Below are positions 37,136 to 46,660 of a stretch of 64,000 nucleotides of DNA, one piece after another. Location of the stretch: the NCBI GenBank assembly GCA_965205505.1, contig CBDBHB010000007.1:32001-96000 (forward strand), written 5' to 3'. The stretch is from Acidobacteriota bacterium. GTDB lineage: Bacteria; Acidobacteriota; UBA890; WLXD01. The notes under the pieces are model-generated. The model saw only the letters and a program-made list of their open reading frames with translations. It searched no databases and was not told the origin of the DNA. Numbering within the stretch: position 1 is the stretch's first letter; each line of letters begins with the position of its first letter. A program made the position numbers and the translations under genes.

Positions 37136-39987
37136 GTGGTTCCGACGGGAGCTCGTCGCAGGACGGGCGCAAGAAACCGACCGGTGGCCGAGGCGCCGAC
37201 CTGCGCGACCTCCCCCGGGGTGCCTGCAGCGACGATCCGGCCGCCGCCGTCACCACCCTCGGGTCCGAGGTCGACAATCCAATCAGCGTACTTAATCACC
37301 TCGAGATTGTGCTCCACCACGACGACGGTATTTCCCTGATCGACGAGCGCATCCAGCACCTGGAGCAGGCGCCGTACGTCCTCGAAATGAAGCCCGGTGG
37401 TGGGCTCGTCGAGGAGGTACAGCGTCGAGCCGGTGGCGCGACGCGACAGCTCCTTGGCGAGCTTCAGCCGCTGCGCCTCGCCGCCGGAAATCGTCGTGGC
37501 CGGCTGGCCGAGGTGCAGATACCCGAGACCGACCTCCTGGAGCGCCAAAAGTTTCTGGGCGATTGCGGGAACCGCACCGAATTGCTCCGCCGCCTGATCG
37601 ATGGTCATTTCCAGGACCTCGGCGATGTCGTGGCCGCGATACTTCACCTCCAGCGTTTCGTCGTTGTAGCGACGCCCCGAGCACTCGTCGCACAGCGTGT
37701 ACACGTCAGGCAGGAAGTGCATCTCGATCTTCTTCAGGCCGGCTCCGCGGCATCCCTCACAACGCCCCCCCGCTACATTGAACGAGTACCGCCCGGGACC
37801 GAAGTCTCGCACCTTGCTTTCTGGCAGCGAAGCGAACAGCTGTCGGATGGGAGTGAAGGCCCCCGAGTACGTGGCCGGGTTGGAGCGCGGCGTGCGGCCA
37901 ATAGGCTCCTGGGTGATATCGATGACCTTGTCGATGGCCTCGATACCGTCGATCCCGTCGTGCTGTCCGGGGCGCGCAGCGGCGCCGTTGAGATGCTGCG
38001 CCAGCGCCCGGTAGAGCGTCTCCTCGACCAGGCTGCTCTTGCCCGAGCCAGACACGCCCGCCACCACGACGAAGCAACCAAGAGGCAGCTGCACGTCGAT
38101 GCCCTGGAGGTTGCGATGACGAGCGCCACGAACGACAAGCCAAGTAGGGCCGCCCTCGGCACGCGGCAGTGGCTGACGACGACGCGCCGGAATCTCGATG
38201 CTGCGACGCCCCGACAGATAGGCGCCGGTCAGTGAATGCGGATGGTCAGCGACGTCCTCGGGTGGTCCCTGGGCTACGAGGTAGCCTCCGTGTTCGCCGG
38301 CTCCTGGTCCGAGATCAACGACCCAGTCGGCGGCACGGATGGTCTGTTCATCGTGCTCGACCACGACCACGGTGTTGCCGAGGTCGCGAATTGCCTCGAG
38401 AGCCTCGATCAGCCGGCGGTTGTCGCGCGCGTGCAATCCGATGCTCGGCTCGTCGAGGACGTACAGAACGCCTCGCAGGCGAGTGCCTATCTGTGTCGCG
38501 AGACGGATGCGCTGGCTCTCGCCACCGGCCAGGCTACGCGCTGGTCGGTCGAGGCTGATGTAGCCCAGGCCAACCTGGCGCAGAAATCCCAGACGCTCAC
38601 CCACCTCTTTCAGGATCGGCTCGGCGACGGGAGCTTGCCGCCTCTGCACCTTCATCTGGCCGATCGTGCTTTCGGCCTCCGCGATAGTCAGCGCAGAGAG
38701 CTCCGCTATCGACATGCCACCGATGCGCACCGACAAGCTCTCGGGCCGCAGACGGGTACCGGCACAAGCATCGCACGCGCCCTCGTGAAGATAGGGTTCC
38801 AGCCGCTTCAGAACACGGGTCGACTCGGCATTTTGGAGGGCGCGCTGCAGCCACGGCACGACCCCGCGAAAGCCACGCGCCAAGCTCTTGTCGAGATAGT
38901 CGCCCTTGAGACGGAACTTGATCGGCTTGCCATCGTCGGGTCCGTGCATCAAGAGATCACGGAAGCGTCGCGGCAAGGCATTCCAGCGCTTGCGAATGTC
39001 AACCTCCTCGACGCGTGCGAGAGCCCGCAGAAACGCTCGCGGGTAAGCGTCCCCCCGCCAGGGCGCGATGGCTTCGTCTAGCAGGCCGAGCTCGGCGTCC
39101 GGCACGATGCGGTCTGGGTCGAATCGCCGGTCCGTTCCCAGGCCATCGCACACAGAACATGCGCCGCGCGGGCTGTTGAAGGAAAAAGAGCGCGGCTCGA
39201 GGTCCGGGAGGCTGATCCCACAACGCGGGCAGGAGAGCTTGTTGGAAAAGAGGTGATCCCCCTCTCCGACTACGTTGATGATTACTACACCGTCACCAAA
39301 CTGCAGGGCTGTGTCGATGGCGGCGTGCAGCCGGTCGCGTACCTTGGGGCGCAGCACGAGGCGATCGACGACGACTTCGATGTCGTGCAGTTTGTTGCGG
39401 TCGAGCTTGATGGGCTCGCCACCGAGCTCGCGAACGCGTCCATCGATTCGTGCGCGCGCATATCCACTGGTAGCGAGACGCGCTAATTCGGCGCGATACT
39501 CGCCCTTTCGACCGCGAACGATCGGCCCCATGATCTGGAGCTTTGCCCCTTCGGGTAGAGCTAAGACCCGCTCAACGATCTGTCGGCCAGTTTGCGAAGC
39601 GACCGGACGATCGCAGCGCGGGCAGTGTGGTGTGCCAACGCGGGCGTACAGCAGGCGTAGAAAATCGTAGATCTCCGTAACGGTGCCGACTGTCGACCGC
39701 GGATTACGGCTCGTCGTTTTCTGGTCGATCGCGATCGACGGTGAAAGGCCTTCGACGAGGTCGACGTCGGGCCGCTCCATCTGTTCCAGGAACTGTCGGG
39801 CGTAGGCCGACAACGACTCCACATAGCGACGTTGACCCTCGGCGTACAAAGTGTCGAATGCCAACGATGACTTGCCTGATCCTGACGGCCCGGTGACCAC
39901 GATCAGGGCAAATCGCGGCAAGTCGAGATCGAGGTCCTTGAGATTATGCTGCCTCGCCCCCCGAACTTTAATGCGATCGATACTCAC
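37132..39987 (-). CDS. uvrA: Excinuclease ABC subunit A
   Basis: GARQHNLK, two Walker A ([18 protein letters not shown]), zinc fingers, DEP motifs. Confidence 0.98.
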   Translation of the reverse strand: MSIDRIKVRGARQHNLKDLDLDLPRFALIVVTGPSGSGKSSLAFDTLYAEGQRRYVESLSAYARQFLEQMERPDVDLVEGLSPSIAIDQKTTSRNPRSTVGTVTEIYDFLRLLYARVGTPHCPRCDRPVASQTGRQIVERVLALPEGAKLQIMGPIVRGRKGEYRAELARLATSGYARARIDGRVRELGGEPIKLDRNKLHDIEVVVDRLVLRPKVRDRLHAAIDTALQFGDGVVIINVVGEGDHLFSNKLSCPRCGISLPDLEPRSFSFNSPRGACSVCDGLGTDRRFDPDRIVPDAELGLLDEAIAPWRGDAYPRAFLRALARVEEVDIRKRWNALPRRFRDLLMHGPDDGKPIKFRLKGDYLDKSLARGFRGVVPWLQRALQNAESTRVLKRLEPYLHEGACDACAGTRLRPESLSVRIGGMSIAELSALTIAEAESTIGQMKVQRRQAPVAEPILKEVGERLGFLRQVGLGYISLDRPARSLAGGESQRIRLATQIGTRLRGVLYVLDEPSIGLHARDNRRLIEALEAIRDLGNTVVVVEHDEQTIRAADWVVDLGPGAGEHGGYLVAQGPPEDVADHPHSLTGAYLSGRRSIEIPARRRQPLPRAEGGPTWLVVRGARHRNLQGIDVQLPLGCFVVVAGVSGSGKSSLVEETLYRALAQHLNGAAARPGQHDGIDGIEAIDKVIDITQEPIGRTPRSNPATYSGAFTPIRQLFASLPESKVRDFGPGRYSFNVAGGRCEGCRGAGLKKIEMHFLPDVYTLCDECSGRRYNDETLEVKYRGHDIAEVLEMTIDQAAEQFGAVPAIAQKLLALQEVGLGYLHLGQPATTISGGEAQRLKLAKELSRRATGSTLYLLDEPTTGLHFEDVRRLLQVLDALVDQGNTVVVVEHNLEVIKYADWIVDLGPEGGDGGGRIVAAGTPGEVAQVGASATGRFLAPVLRRAPVGTT

Positions 39988-40167
39988 GAAGTTTTGGCCT
40001 TAACTATCGATATTGGTCGGTATTTACCCCGGACCTGCGACACTGCGACGCCTGGCGGCGGCGAAGGCTAAGATCGTCCAAAGCGTCGCCCGGCCCCACG
40101 TGCTGTCCGTGCCCCCGAGCCCAGGATTTCGACGGAAGCACAGCTGACCAAATCTAGCAAAGTCGCC

Positions 40168-41103
40168 ATGCGGTCGAAAGCGAGCAGCTCGACGGAAAAC
40201 AACATCGAGGCCGGGACCCTCTACGTCGTAGCCACGCCGATCGGCAATCTGGGAGACCTCACGCGGCGGGCGGAGCAGGTGCTCGGGGGCGTCGACGCGA
40301 TCTTGGCGGAGGACACTCGGCGTACCCGCCGGTTGCTATCGCACCTTGGCATTTCGGCGCGCCTCGAGGCCCACCACGAGCACAACGAGGCCCGTACCGT
40401 GCCCAGGTTGATCGAACGGTTGCGCGCTGGGGCGTCGCTCGCCCTGGTCAGCGACGCCGGAACGCCGGCAGTGGCGGATCCTGGCTACAGGCTCGTTCGC
40501 GCCGCGATCGACGCCGGCGCTGGGGTCGTGCCGGTGCCCGGCGCCAGCGCGGTTCTTGCGGCGCTCGTCGGATCGGGCCTGCCGACGGACCGATTTACCT
40601 TCGTCGGATACCCACCGCGCAAGGACGGTGCGCGCCGGCGATTTCTGCACGAGCTGTCGGCCACTGCAGGCACATTGGTGCTGCTGGAGTCGCCGCGCCG
40701 AATCGGGGCCACGTTGGTAGCAGCCGCAGAGATCCTGGGCGACCGGCAGGCAGCACTGGCCCGCGAGCTCACCAAGCTGCACGAAGAATTCCGACGCGGC
40801 AGCCTGGCCGAGCTCCTGGCGACGTTGGAACACGACGTTCGCGGAGAGATCACCCTGTGCATCGGGCCACCGGATGACAGGCCGGGGCCGGCGCCCGACG
40901 ACGACCAGCTACGGCGTAGCTACGCAGACAAGCTCGAGGCCGGCATCGAGCGCAGCCAGGCACTGCGGCAGCTGGCGGCGGAATCCGGCTTGCGTCGCCG
41001 TGATGTCTACGGCGCATTACACTTGCAGCCGCCCGAGGGCGTCGACGAGAAGGCCGCGCCCCCGACGACAACCGACGAACCCGACTCCGGAGCCACGGAA
41101 TGA
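40168..41103 (+). CDS. rsmI: 16S rRNA cytidine-1402 2'-O-methyltransferase
   Basis: LYVVATPIGNLGD, AEDTR, VSDAGTP..ADPG, RELTKLHEE. Confidence 0.95.
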   Translation: MRSKASSSTENNIEAGTLYVVATPIGNLGDLTRRAEQVLGGVDAILAEDTRRTRRLLSHLGISARLEAHHEHNEARTVPRLIERLRAGASLALVSDAGTPAVADPGYRLVRAAIDAGAGVVPVPGASAVLAALVGSGLPTDRFTFVGYPPRKDGARRRFLHELSATAGTLVLLESPRRIGATLVAAAEILGDRQAALARELTKLHEEFRRGSLAELLATLEHDVRGEITLCIGPPDDRPGPAPDDDQLRRSYADKLEAGIERSQALRQLAAESGLRRRDVYGALHLQPPEGVDEKAAPPTTTDEPDSGATE

Positions 41104-41531
41104 AACGCCTGCTGCCCGTCATTGCGATCGTGCTTGCTACCGCCGCCTGCAGCCCGCCATCCGGCGAGGAGCTCGTTCAGAAGGTCATGGAGCAGAGGAA
41201 CAAGTACGACGCCACGCCGCAGTCGTGGATTGTGCGCCCTGACAACACCATTTACATCGAGGTACTGGTGGTGAACAACAACCTCGAGGGGGGCCTACGA
41301 ACGCTCACGGTGCTGGTCGAGCAGCTCGACGCCGATGACAGCGTGCTCAAGAGCGAGCGCGTGCCAATGGACGTGGTGTCGCTGACTGCCGGTCTCGGCA
41401 AGAACCTCGGCGTCAGCGTCATGGCCGTGAGGCCCGATGTGGAGTACGTGCGTTTGCTCGTCGAGGCCGCTCCGGACGCCAATACGTGGCCGGACTTCCC
41501 CGAGTTCGGCGCCGTCCGTCCCCGCGACTGA
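41100..41531 (+). CDS. Hypothetical lipoprotein
   Basis: Lipobox TAAC; ATGA overlap with rsmI. Confidence 0.75.
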   Translation: MKRLLPVIAIVLATAACSPPSGEELVQKVMEQRNKYDATPQSWIVRPDNTIYIEVLVVNNNLEGGLRTLTVLVEQLDADDSVLKSERVPMDVVSLTAGLGKNLGVSVMAVRPDVEYVRLLVEAAPDANTWPDFPEFGAVRPRD

Positions 41532-41541
41532 GCGCAATCCG

Positions 41542-41643
41542 GCAGGCCGTGGTGGAAGTGTCGCCTGCCAGTGTTGTGAGCCAGGGATCCGCCTCGCTCG
41601 CGCTCGCCACAATAGGCAACGATCATCTGTTACAGGCCACTAG
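41542..41643. repeat. Hybrid MITE remnant
   Basis: Begins GCAGGCCGTGGTGGAAGTGT (19/20 identical to 53113-53132) and ends with the MITE TIR GCAACGATCATCTGTTACAGGCCACTAG. Confidence 0.75.
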
Positions 41644-42305
41644 GAAGCGGGCGCGGTGAAGAGCTGTCGGTGGCCCTCCAGGATCCGCGCCTTCGCTTCG
41701 GCGTCTGGCTCCATCGTCTCCACGCCGCGTTCGTGGGTACCGCCAAGCAGAATGCCGTCGGAGCGCGGAAACATGTAGAGCTCGTCCTTGATGGCGATGT
41801 AGTCCACCTCCGGCTGTGGCAGGAGTACCGTGAGCTGCCCCTTCACGGGGAGCATCTCGACGTCGTCACCGTCCACCCACGTCGCTGCAGGACGCGAGCT
41901 GTCGCCAGGCCGACCGCTCCGCAGCCGATAACGGCGCACCGTCGCGTATCCGCGCCCGCAGCGATCTCCTCGGCTAGGAGCGCGGTGCCCCAGGAAAGCG
42001 TCACCCCACCGCCCCCGTGCCTATAGTTGTGCACCTACAAGCTTGCGATCGAATCGCTCCGCCTCGACGCGAAAGCCCGACGGCCTGAAGGGGCGAAGGC
42101 CAACGACGGTACGGATCTCGCGGCTCGGGTCGACGCGCACTGGAATGAACGTGCGGGCGCGCCCTGGTGCCCAAACGATGCTCCTACCACCGTCTAGCGC
42201 CCCCGGGGCGCTCGCGGCGATACGATCGCGCCGGGCGCAACCGAGGCCGAATCCGCCCGCGGCGGCCAGCCCGCCCAGGTTCCGCAGCAGCGTTCGCCGG
42301 TCCAT
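41640..42305 (-). pseudogene. Tat-exported, circularly permuted D-amino acid oxidase-like gene, disrupted
   Basis: MDRRTLL Tat signal; VGLRPFRP; +1 shift near 42035; VHNYRHGGGGVTLSWG; AVIGCGAVG; internal deletion near 41866; PVKGQL...YMFPRSDG. Confidence 0.82.
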
Positions 42306-42345
42306 GGGCTGCCATCATAGCGGCAACACTGCGACAACTGGACCT

Positions 42346-43119
42346 CTACGATTGCACCACGCAGATGACATAGACGGTGTAGGCAGCCTCGTCCGGCCCG
42401 CTGAACTCCTTCACGTTCTTGACCGTACCCGTCCAGGCGTTGGCGGCAGTCGAGCCGTTCGACGAGATGACCAGCAGACCTCCCGAGACGTGGGAGGCAG
42501 CGCTCAGAGTAACACCACCCGCTACAGCTCTCTTGGAGGCCGTCGGACACAACACCGTCTGGGTATCGGTCTCATCGAAGCCAAGGCCGGCGATATCGGT
42601 GGTGATCGAGTCGCGTTCCAGCCCGATCGCGAGCGCAACGCTCGTGCCATCGGGGCCAGGCGGTCCGGCTGGGCCCTGTGGGCCAGTAGCGCCATCAGGT
42701 CCGGCCGGGCCCCGAGGTCCCGTGGCGCCCTGAGGCCCGCGCTTGCCATCCTTCTCGATATAGACCTCGAACTGTTCTTCCTGGCCGCCGTTACAGCGCA
42801 CCGAGAGCAGGTGCGACACACCGATCTCGATGTCGCGATGCTCGAAGGCGAGCACCATGCGCCCCTTGGCCGACGAGATCACCGTCAACGGGTCGCCGCC
42901 GAGGAACACCGCCTTCACGGCGTCGGGCGATCCACACAGGCGAACCCCCCAGACGACGATCTGATCGACCGTGAAGTCAACGTGGGCGGTCATGATGTTT
43001 GGCCGTTTGGCGGCATCACGCGCCTGTTGCGCGGTTGCCACGCCGGCGATGAGCAGGAGTGCGAATGCGGCGATGCTACCTATCAATCGGCCGAGCAAGG
43101 TTGGTACCGCAGCGCTCAT
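42346..43119 (-). CDS. Secreted protein with short collagen-like Gly-X-Y segment
   Basis: Signal peptide; GKRGPQGATGPRGPAGPDGATGPQGPAGPPGPDG; C-terminal Cys-containing beta domain. Confidence 0.8.
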   Translation of the reverse strand: MSAAVPTLLGRLIGSIAAFALLLIAGVATAQQARDAAKRPNIMTAHVDFTVDQIVVWGVRLCGSPDAVKAVFLGGDPLTVISSAKGRMVLAFEHRDIEIGVSHLLSVRCNGGQEEQFEVYIEKDGKRGPQGATGPRGPAGPDGATGPQGPAGPPGPDGTSVALAIGLERDSITTDIAGLGFDETDTQTVLCPTASKRAVAGGVTLSAASHVSGGLLVISSNGSTAANAWTGTVKNVKEFSGPDEAAYTVYVICVVQS

Positions 43120-43936
43120 CACGACGGATCCACGCAGGTCACGTGCACTGTGTAGCTGGGGGAACCTGCCGTCGGGGCGCCAGACACATTCTTGCCGGTC
43201 CCCGTCCAACCCGTGGTGCCGCTAGGGCCGTTCGAAGCGAGAACCAGGAGGCCGTCGTCAGCCAACGAGGCCGCGTCGATCGTCACTCCGCCGCTAATCG
43301 CTTCCTTGCCCTGCGTCAGGCAGTTGACCACCGTCGTGTCGGTGGCTTCTGTGGCGAAGGGTTGCGGCAGCGTTTTCGTAAACGAGGTTGATCTCGAGCC
43401 CGAGTGCGCCGCCGGTGCCGTCGGTGCCGGCTGGACCCTGGGCACCCGGCGGACCCTGAGCGCCCTGAGCCCCCGGTGGCCCCTGAGCACCTGCCGATCC
43501 CTCGGCGACCGGCGATCCCTCGGGTCCCTGTGGCCCCGGTGGCCCGCGTCGCCCCGTGGGACCCGGCGGGCCCTGCTTGCCTGCCCTCTCGATATAGACC
43601 TCAAACTGCTCTTCTTGGCCCACCGGTGCAGCGGATCGAGAGCAGGTGCGACACACCGAACTCGATGTCGCTGCGCTCGAAGTCCAGAATCATCAGCCCC
43701 TTCTTGCTGGATATGACCGTCAGAGGGTCGCCGCCCAGAAACACCGCCTCGACCTTGTTTGGGGTGGTGCACAGCCGCACACCGCCGACCACGAGCTGGT
43801 CACGGGTGAAGTCGACAAACGCTGTCTTGACGTTCGGTAATTTCTCTGCGGCGCGCGAACTCTGCTGTGTGATCGCCGGGCCGGCTCAAACGATGAATAC
43901 GATCGCCGCGGCGATTCGGATCGATCGAGAAAACAT
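43119..43936 (-). pseudogene. Disrupted tandem paralog of the collagen-like protein
   Basis: Shares AVFLGGDPLTVISS.KG and [10 protein letters not shown] with 42346-43119; premature TGA in the signal peptide; +1 shifts near 43620 and 43380. Confidence 0.82.
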
Positions 43937-44265
43937 GTTGTTGCTCCGGTAATCGGCTCGCGGAGGCGGATCGGTTGGCGCTGACCGCTAACGCCAGCCG
44001 CCTATCCTCGTCTCCGCGATGGTCGTTGCCTTCCCGCGTATTGCGGTTTCAGGAGCCAGCGTAGGAAGGCCTCGCGGCGAACAAAAGACGCTGCCTCGGG
44101 TCCGTCGGCCAACCGAGGCCCTAGAGGAGCGGTAGTGGCGCTGGCTCCTCAGCACCGACTGCGGCGACGTCTGGTCCGGGCGCTACCGGGCTAGCCCGGG
44201 GCCGCGAGCACGAGGTCGATCTGCCGGCCCGGCGGCGAGCCGCAGGTACTCAGCGCGCTGCGCGA

Positions 44266-45270
44266 TCAGTCGTTGTCGTCGCCAGCTACGATCGCTTCTA
44301 CCGCCTCGACCGCCGCCTCCGAGGTTACCCCAGCAATCGAGTTGAGGCAGTCGAGCAAGTTGCTGCAATCCAACGACGGATCGTCGAGCGGAGTCGCTGC
44401 CAGAACCTCGGCGGGTATGTCCCGCGCCGAACGGTAAGCGCGAACCATGCGCTCAAACCACGCCGGGTCGAGGGTCGAGTCTTGCGCAGTCGGGTAGTAG
44501 ACAGCGTTGCCCTCGGTAACCTTCAGGTGCTCAACCGCACTCGCCAGCGATTCACGATAGCGCTCCCGGTCGGGAGCCGCGAACTGTCCGGCGCTGGCCC
44601 GCAGGTAATCGACCGCGCGCTGCCAGACGACGGGATCCGGCTCCATGTCGCGCTGTCGCCCATAGGCTTCCATGCGCGCCAGCGAGCGCTTCCATTCATC
44701 TGGCGAGTACATACCCGGGTGCGGTGGCTGGTGACAGGCCGAGCAGGCTTGCAGGTACGCGCCGCCGCTCTCGCTTCGCAGGTTGGGAAACTGACCGTTC
44801 TCGGCGTAGCTGCGCACGATCGCGGTGCGATAGCGGCTGTTGACCTGCGCCGCGATGGCCGCCGGATCGTGGGCGCCATGCTGCTCGATGAGTTGGCCGG
44901 CGACTACCGCCTCCTCGAGACATGTCGCGCAGGCAGCCGCGTGCTGCGATCGATAGCAGTCGACCACGCCGGTGTGTCCGTATAGCTCGCATGGACAATA
45001 GCAAGCGATCTTTTCGAGCACCTCAGGGTGATCGCGGGCGACACGGTAGGCCACCGGAATCCGTTGCAGGTAATCGAGCGGTATGAAGTCTTTTCGCGGC
45101 GCCGCGGCGGCGGAAGCGCCGCTGTTCGGTTGGTCGGGCGTGCCGGCGGTAGCGGCGGGGGCGCTGCCGTCGTCCGCGGCGAGCGCCGACGAACCGCCCG
45201 TGGGTTGGCTGCCACATGCGGCCACCGTGACCATCGCGGCGCCGATGAGCAAAAGCTGCCTTGCCCTCAT
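44266..45270 (-). CDS. Lipoprotein with PCYCGC-like domain fused to a c-type heme (CXXCH) domain
   Basis: Lipobox VAAC; LEKIACYCPC...H..VVDCY...HAAACATC; CSACH...P..Y...W...RM. Confidence 0.75.
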   Translation of the reverse strand: MRARQLLLIGAAMVTVAACGSQPTGGSSALAADDGSAPAATAGTPDQPNSGASAAAAPRKDFIPLDYLQRIPVAYRVARDHPEVLEKIACYCPCELYGHTGVVDCYRSQHAAACATCLEEAVVAGQLIEQHGAHDPAAIAAQVNSRYRTAIVRSYAENGQFPNLRSESGGAYLQACSACHQPPHPGMYSPDEWKRSLARMEAYGRQRDMEPDPVVWQRAVDYLRASAGQFAAPDRERYRESLASAVEHLKVTEGNAVYYPTAQDSTLDPAWFERMVRAYRSARDIPAEVLAATPLDDPSLDCSNLLDCLNSIAGVTSEAAVEAVEAIVAGDDND

Positions 45271-45336
45271 CGTGTTCACTCCTCGCATCGACTGCCCCGT
45301 CCCAGCACGTCCGTCTTTGATCTGTCCGTGCGCGGC

Positions 45337-46440
45337 TCAGCGCCGCGAAGGCACCACCGCGTCTTCCGACTCCTCGCTAGCTTCCCACAGTGCAAGGATT
45401 CCCTCAAAGCGCGAATCGACGATCTCTATAGTCGCTCTGTCGCGAAGATTACGGACGTACTCGTTCATGCGCACCTGTGACTTGGCCGACGTCAGCCGCT
45501 GTCGTATCGACTCCCGCGCATCGTCGAGCTCGGCGATATCCTGCTCGCTGCGCTCGACCACCTTGACGATCGAAAAGCCGAACGTCGTCTCGATGGGGTC
45601 CGAGAACGACCCCACCGGCAGCGCCGGAACCGTGGCTGCCAGACCTTCAGTCAGATCGTCGACGGCAATGAAGCTGCCCGTATCGGCGACGTGTTGACCG
45701 TTGACGTACTTCTCCCCCACGGCGCTCGCGTCCTCGCCGGCCTGAACTTCGGCGGCGGCGGCGAACGCCTGCTCGCGCAGCGAGCCTGGCTCGCCGATGA
45801 ACACCAACTGCTCGAGCCGCACCTGTTCCGGCACGGTGAACTGATCCCGGTTGTCGGCGTAGTAATCGTTGATCTCGGTCTCGGAAACGAAAATCTGCCG
45901 CTGCACCTCATCGAAAGCGAGGCGCTGCTGGCGTAGGTTGTCGCGCAACTGCTCGCGGAGCTCGTCCATGGTGAGCCCCATCTGCTTCAGCGCGATGTCG
46001 AGCTGTGCGTCCGTCTCAAAGCCGTTCGTATCGCGCAGGTTCTGGATCTGACGATCGACCATGTTGGCGTCGACCGTGATGCCGACCAGGTCGGCGCGCT
46101 GCAGCATCATCTTCTGATCGACCATCCCGGCGAGGATTTGCGTAGTCAAGATCGGCATCTGCGCTGTGATCTCCTCCTCCGGGAATTGCTGGCGCAAGAG
46201 CGCGATTCGATCCTCGACTACGGAACGTAGCTCGGTCAACAGGATCGGGTCTCCGTTGACCTTTACCAGCACCATATTGATGACGTTGTCAGGCACACGC
46301 ATCGCACTTGTCGCCGCTAGCAGCGCATCCTCGGTCGCCTCTTGCGCGAGTGTCTGCGCCGGCGTGACGAAAGCTGCCGCGGTGAACCAGGCGGCACAGA
46401 ACACCGCGGTCGGGCGCGACATGCCGGGATTCTCGTTCAT
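45337..46440 (-). CDS. SurA/PrsA-like peptidyl-prolyl isomerase chaperone
   Basis: Signal peptide; VKVNGDPILLTEL SurA-N; parvulin-like SDPIETTFGFSIVKV; downstream of mfd. Confidence 0.85.
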   Translation of the reverse strand: MNENPGMSRPTAVFCAAWFTAAAFVTPAQTLAQEATEDALLAATSAMRVPDNVINMVLVKVNGDPILLTELRSVVEDRIALLRQQFPEEEITAQMPILTTQILAGMVDQKMMLQRADLVGITVDANMVDRQIQNLRDTNGFETDAQLDIALKQMGLTMDELREQLRDNLRQQRLAFDEVQRQIFVSETEINDYYADNRDQFTVPEQVRLEQLVFIGEPGSLREQAFAAAAEVQAGEDASAVGEKYVNGQHVADTGSFIAVDDLTEGLAATVPALPVGSFSDPIETTFGFSIVKVVERSEQDIAELDDARESIRQRLTSAKSQVRMNEYVRNLRDRATIEIVDSRFEGILALWEASEESEDAVVPSRR

Positions 46441-46660
46441 CGTCTCGTCTCGGCGGGTTGTGGGCGACGCGGGCCGGTCTCCCGGATCGCGTGCAACGAC
46501 GTCAGTGTGGGAAGGCTGGGAGCGTCGGCGGTGCCGTAAGATGGCGACGAAATACCGTGGATCAGCGTATCACGGGGCGGATGTGGCCTTCATGCGGCAT
46601 ACAGCGGCGTTCGCTACCGGTGAAAGTGTGCACCGATACCTGGCCGCGGTTGGTGCAGTA

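Noticed and set aside
39079-39089. CTAGCAGGCCG inside uvrA
   Set aside because: Lies in intact conserved coding sequence; chance match
39988-40167. SOS box upstream of uvrA
   Set aside because: No LexA-type palindrome that I can recognise
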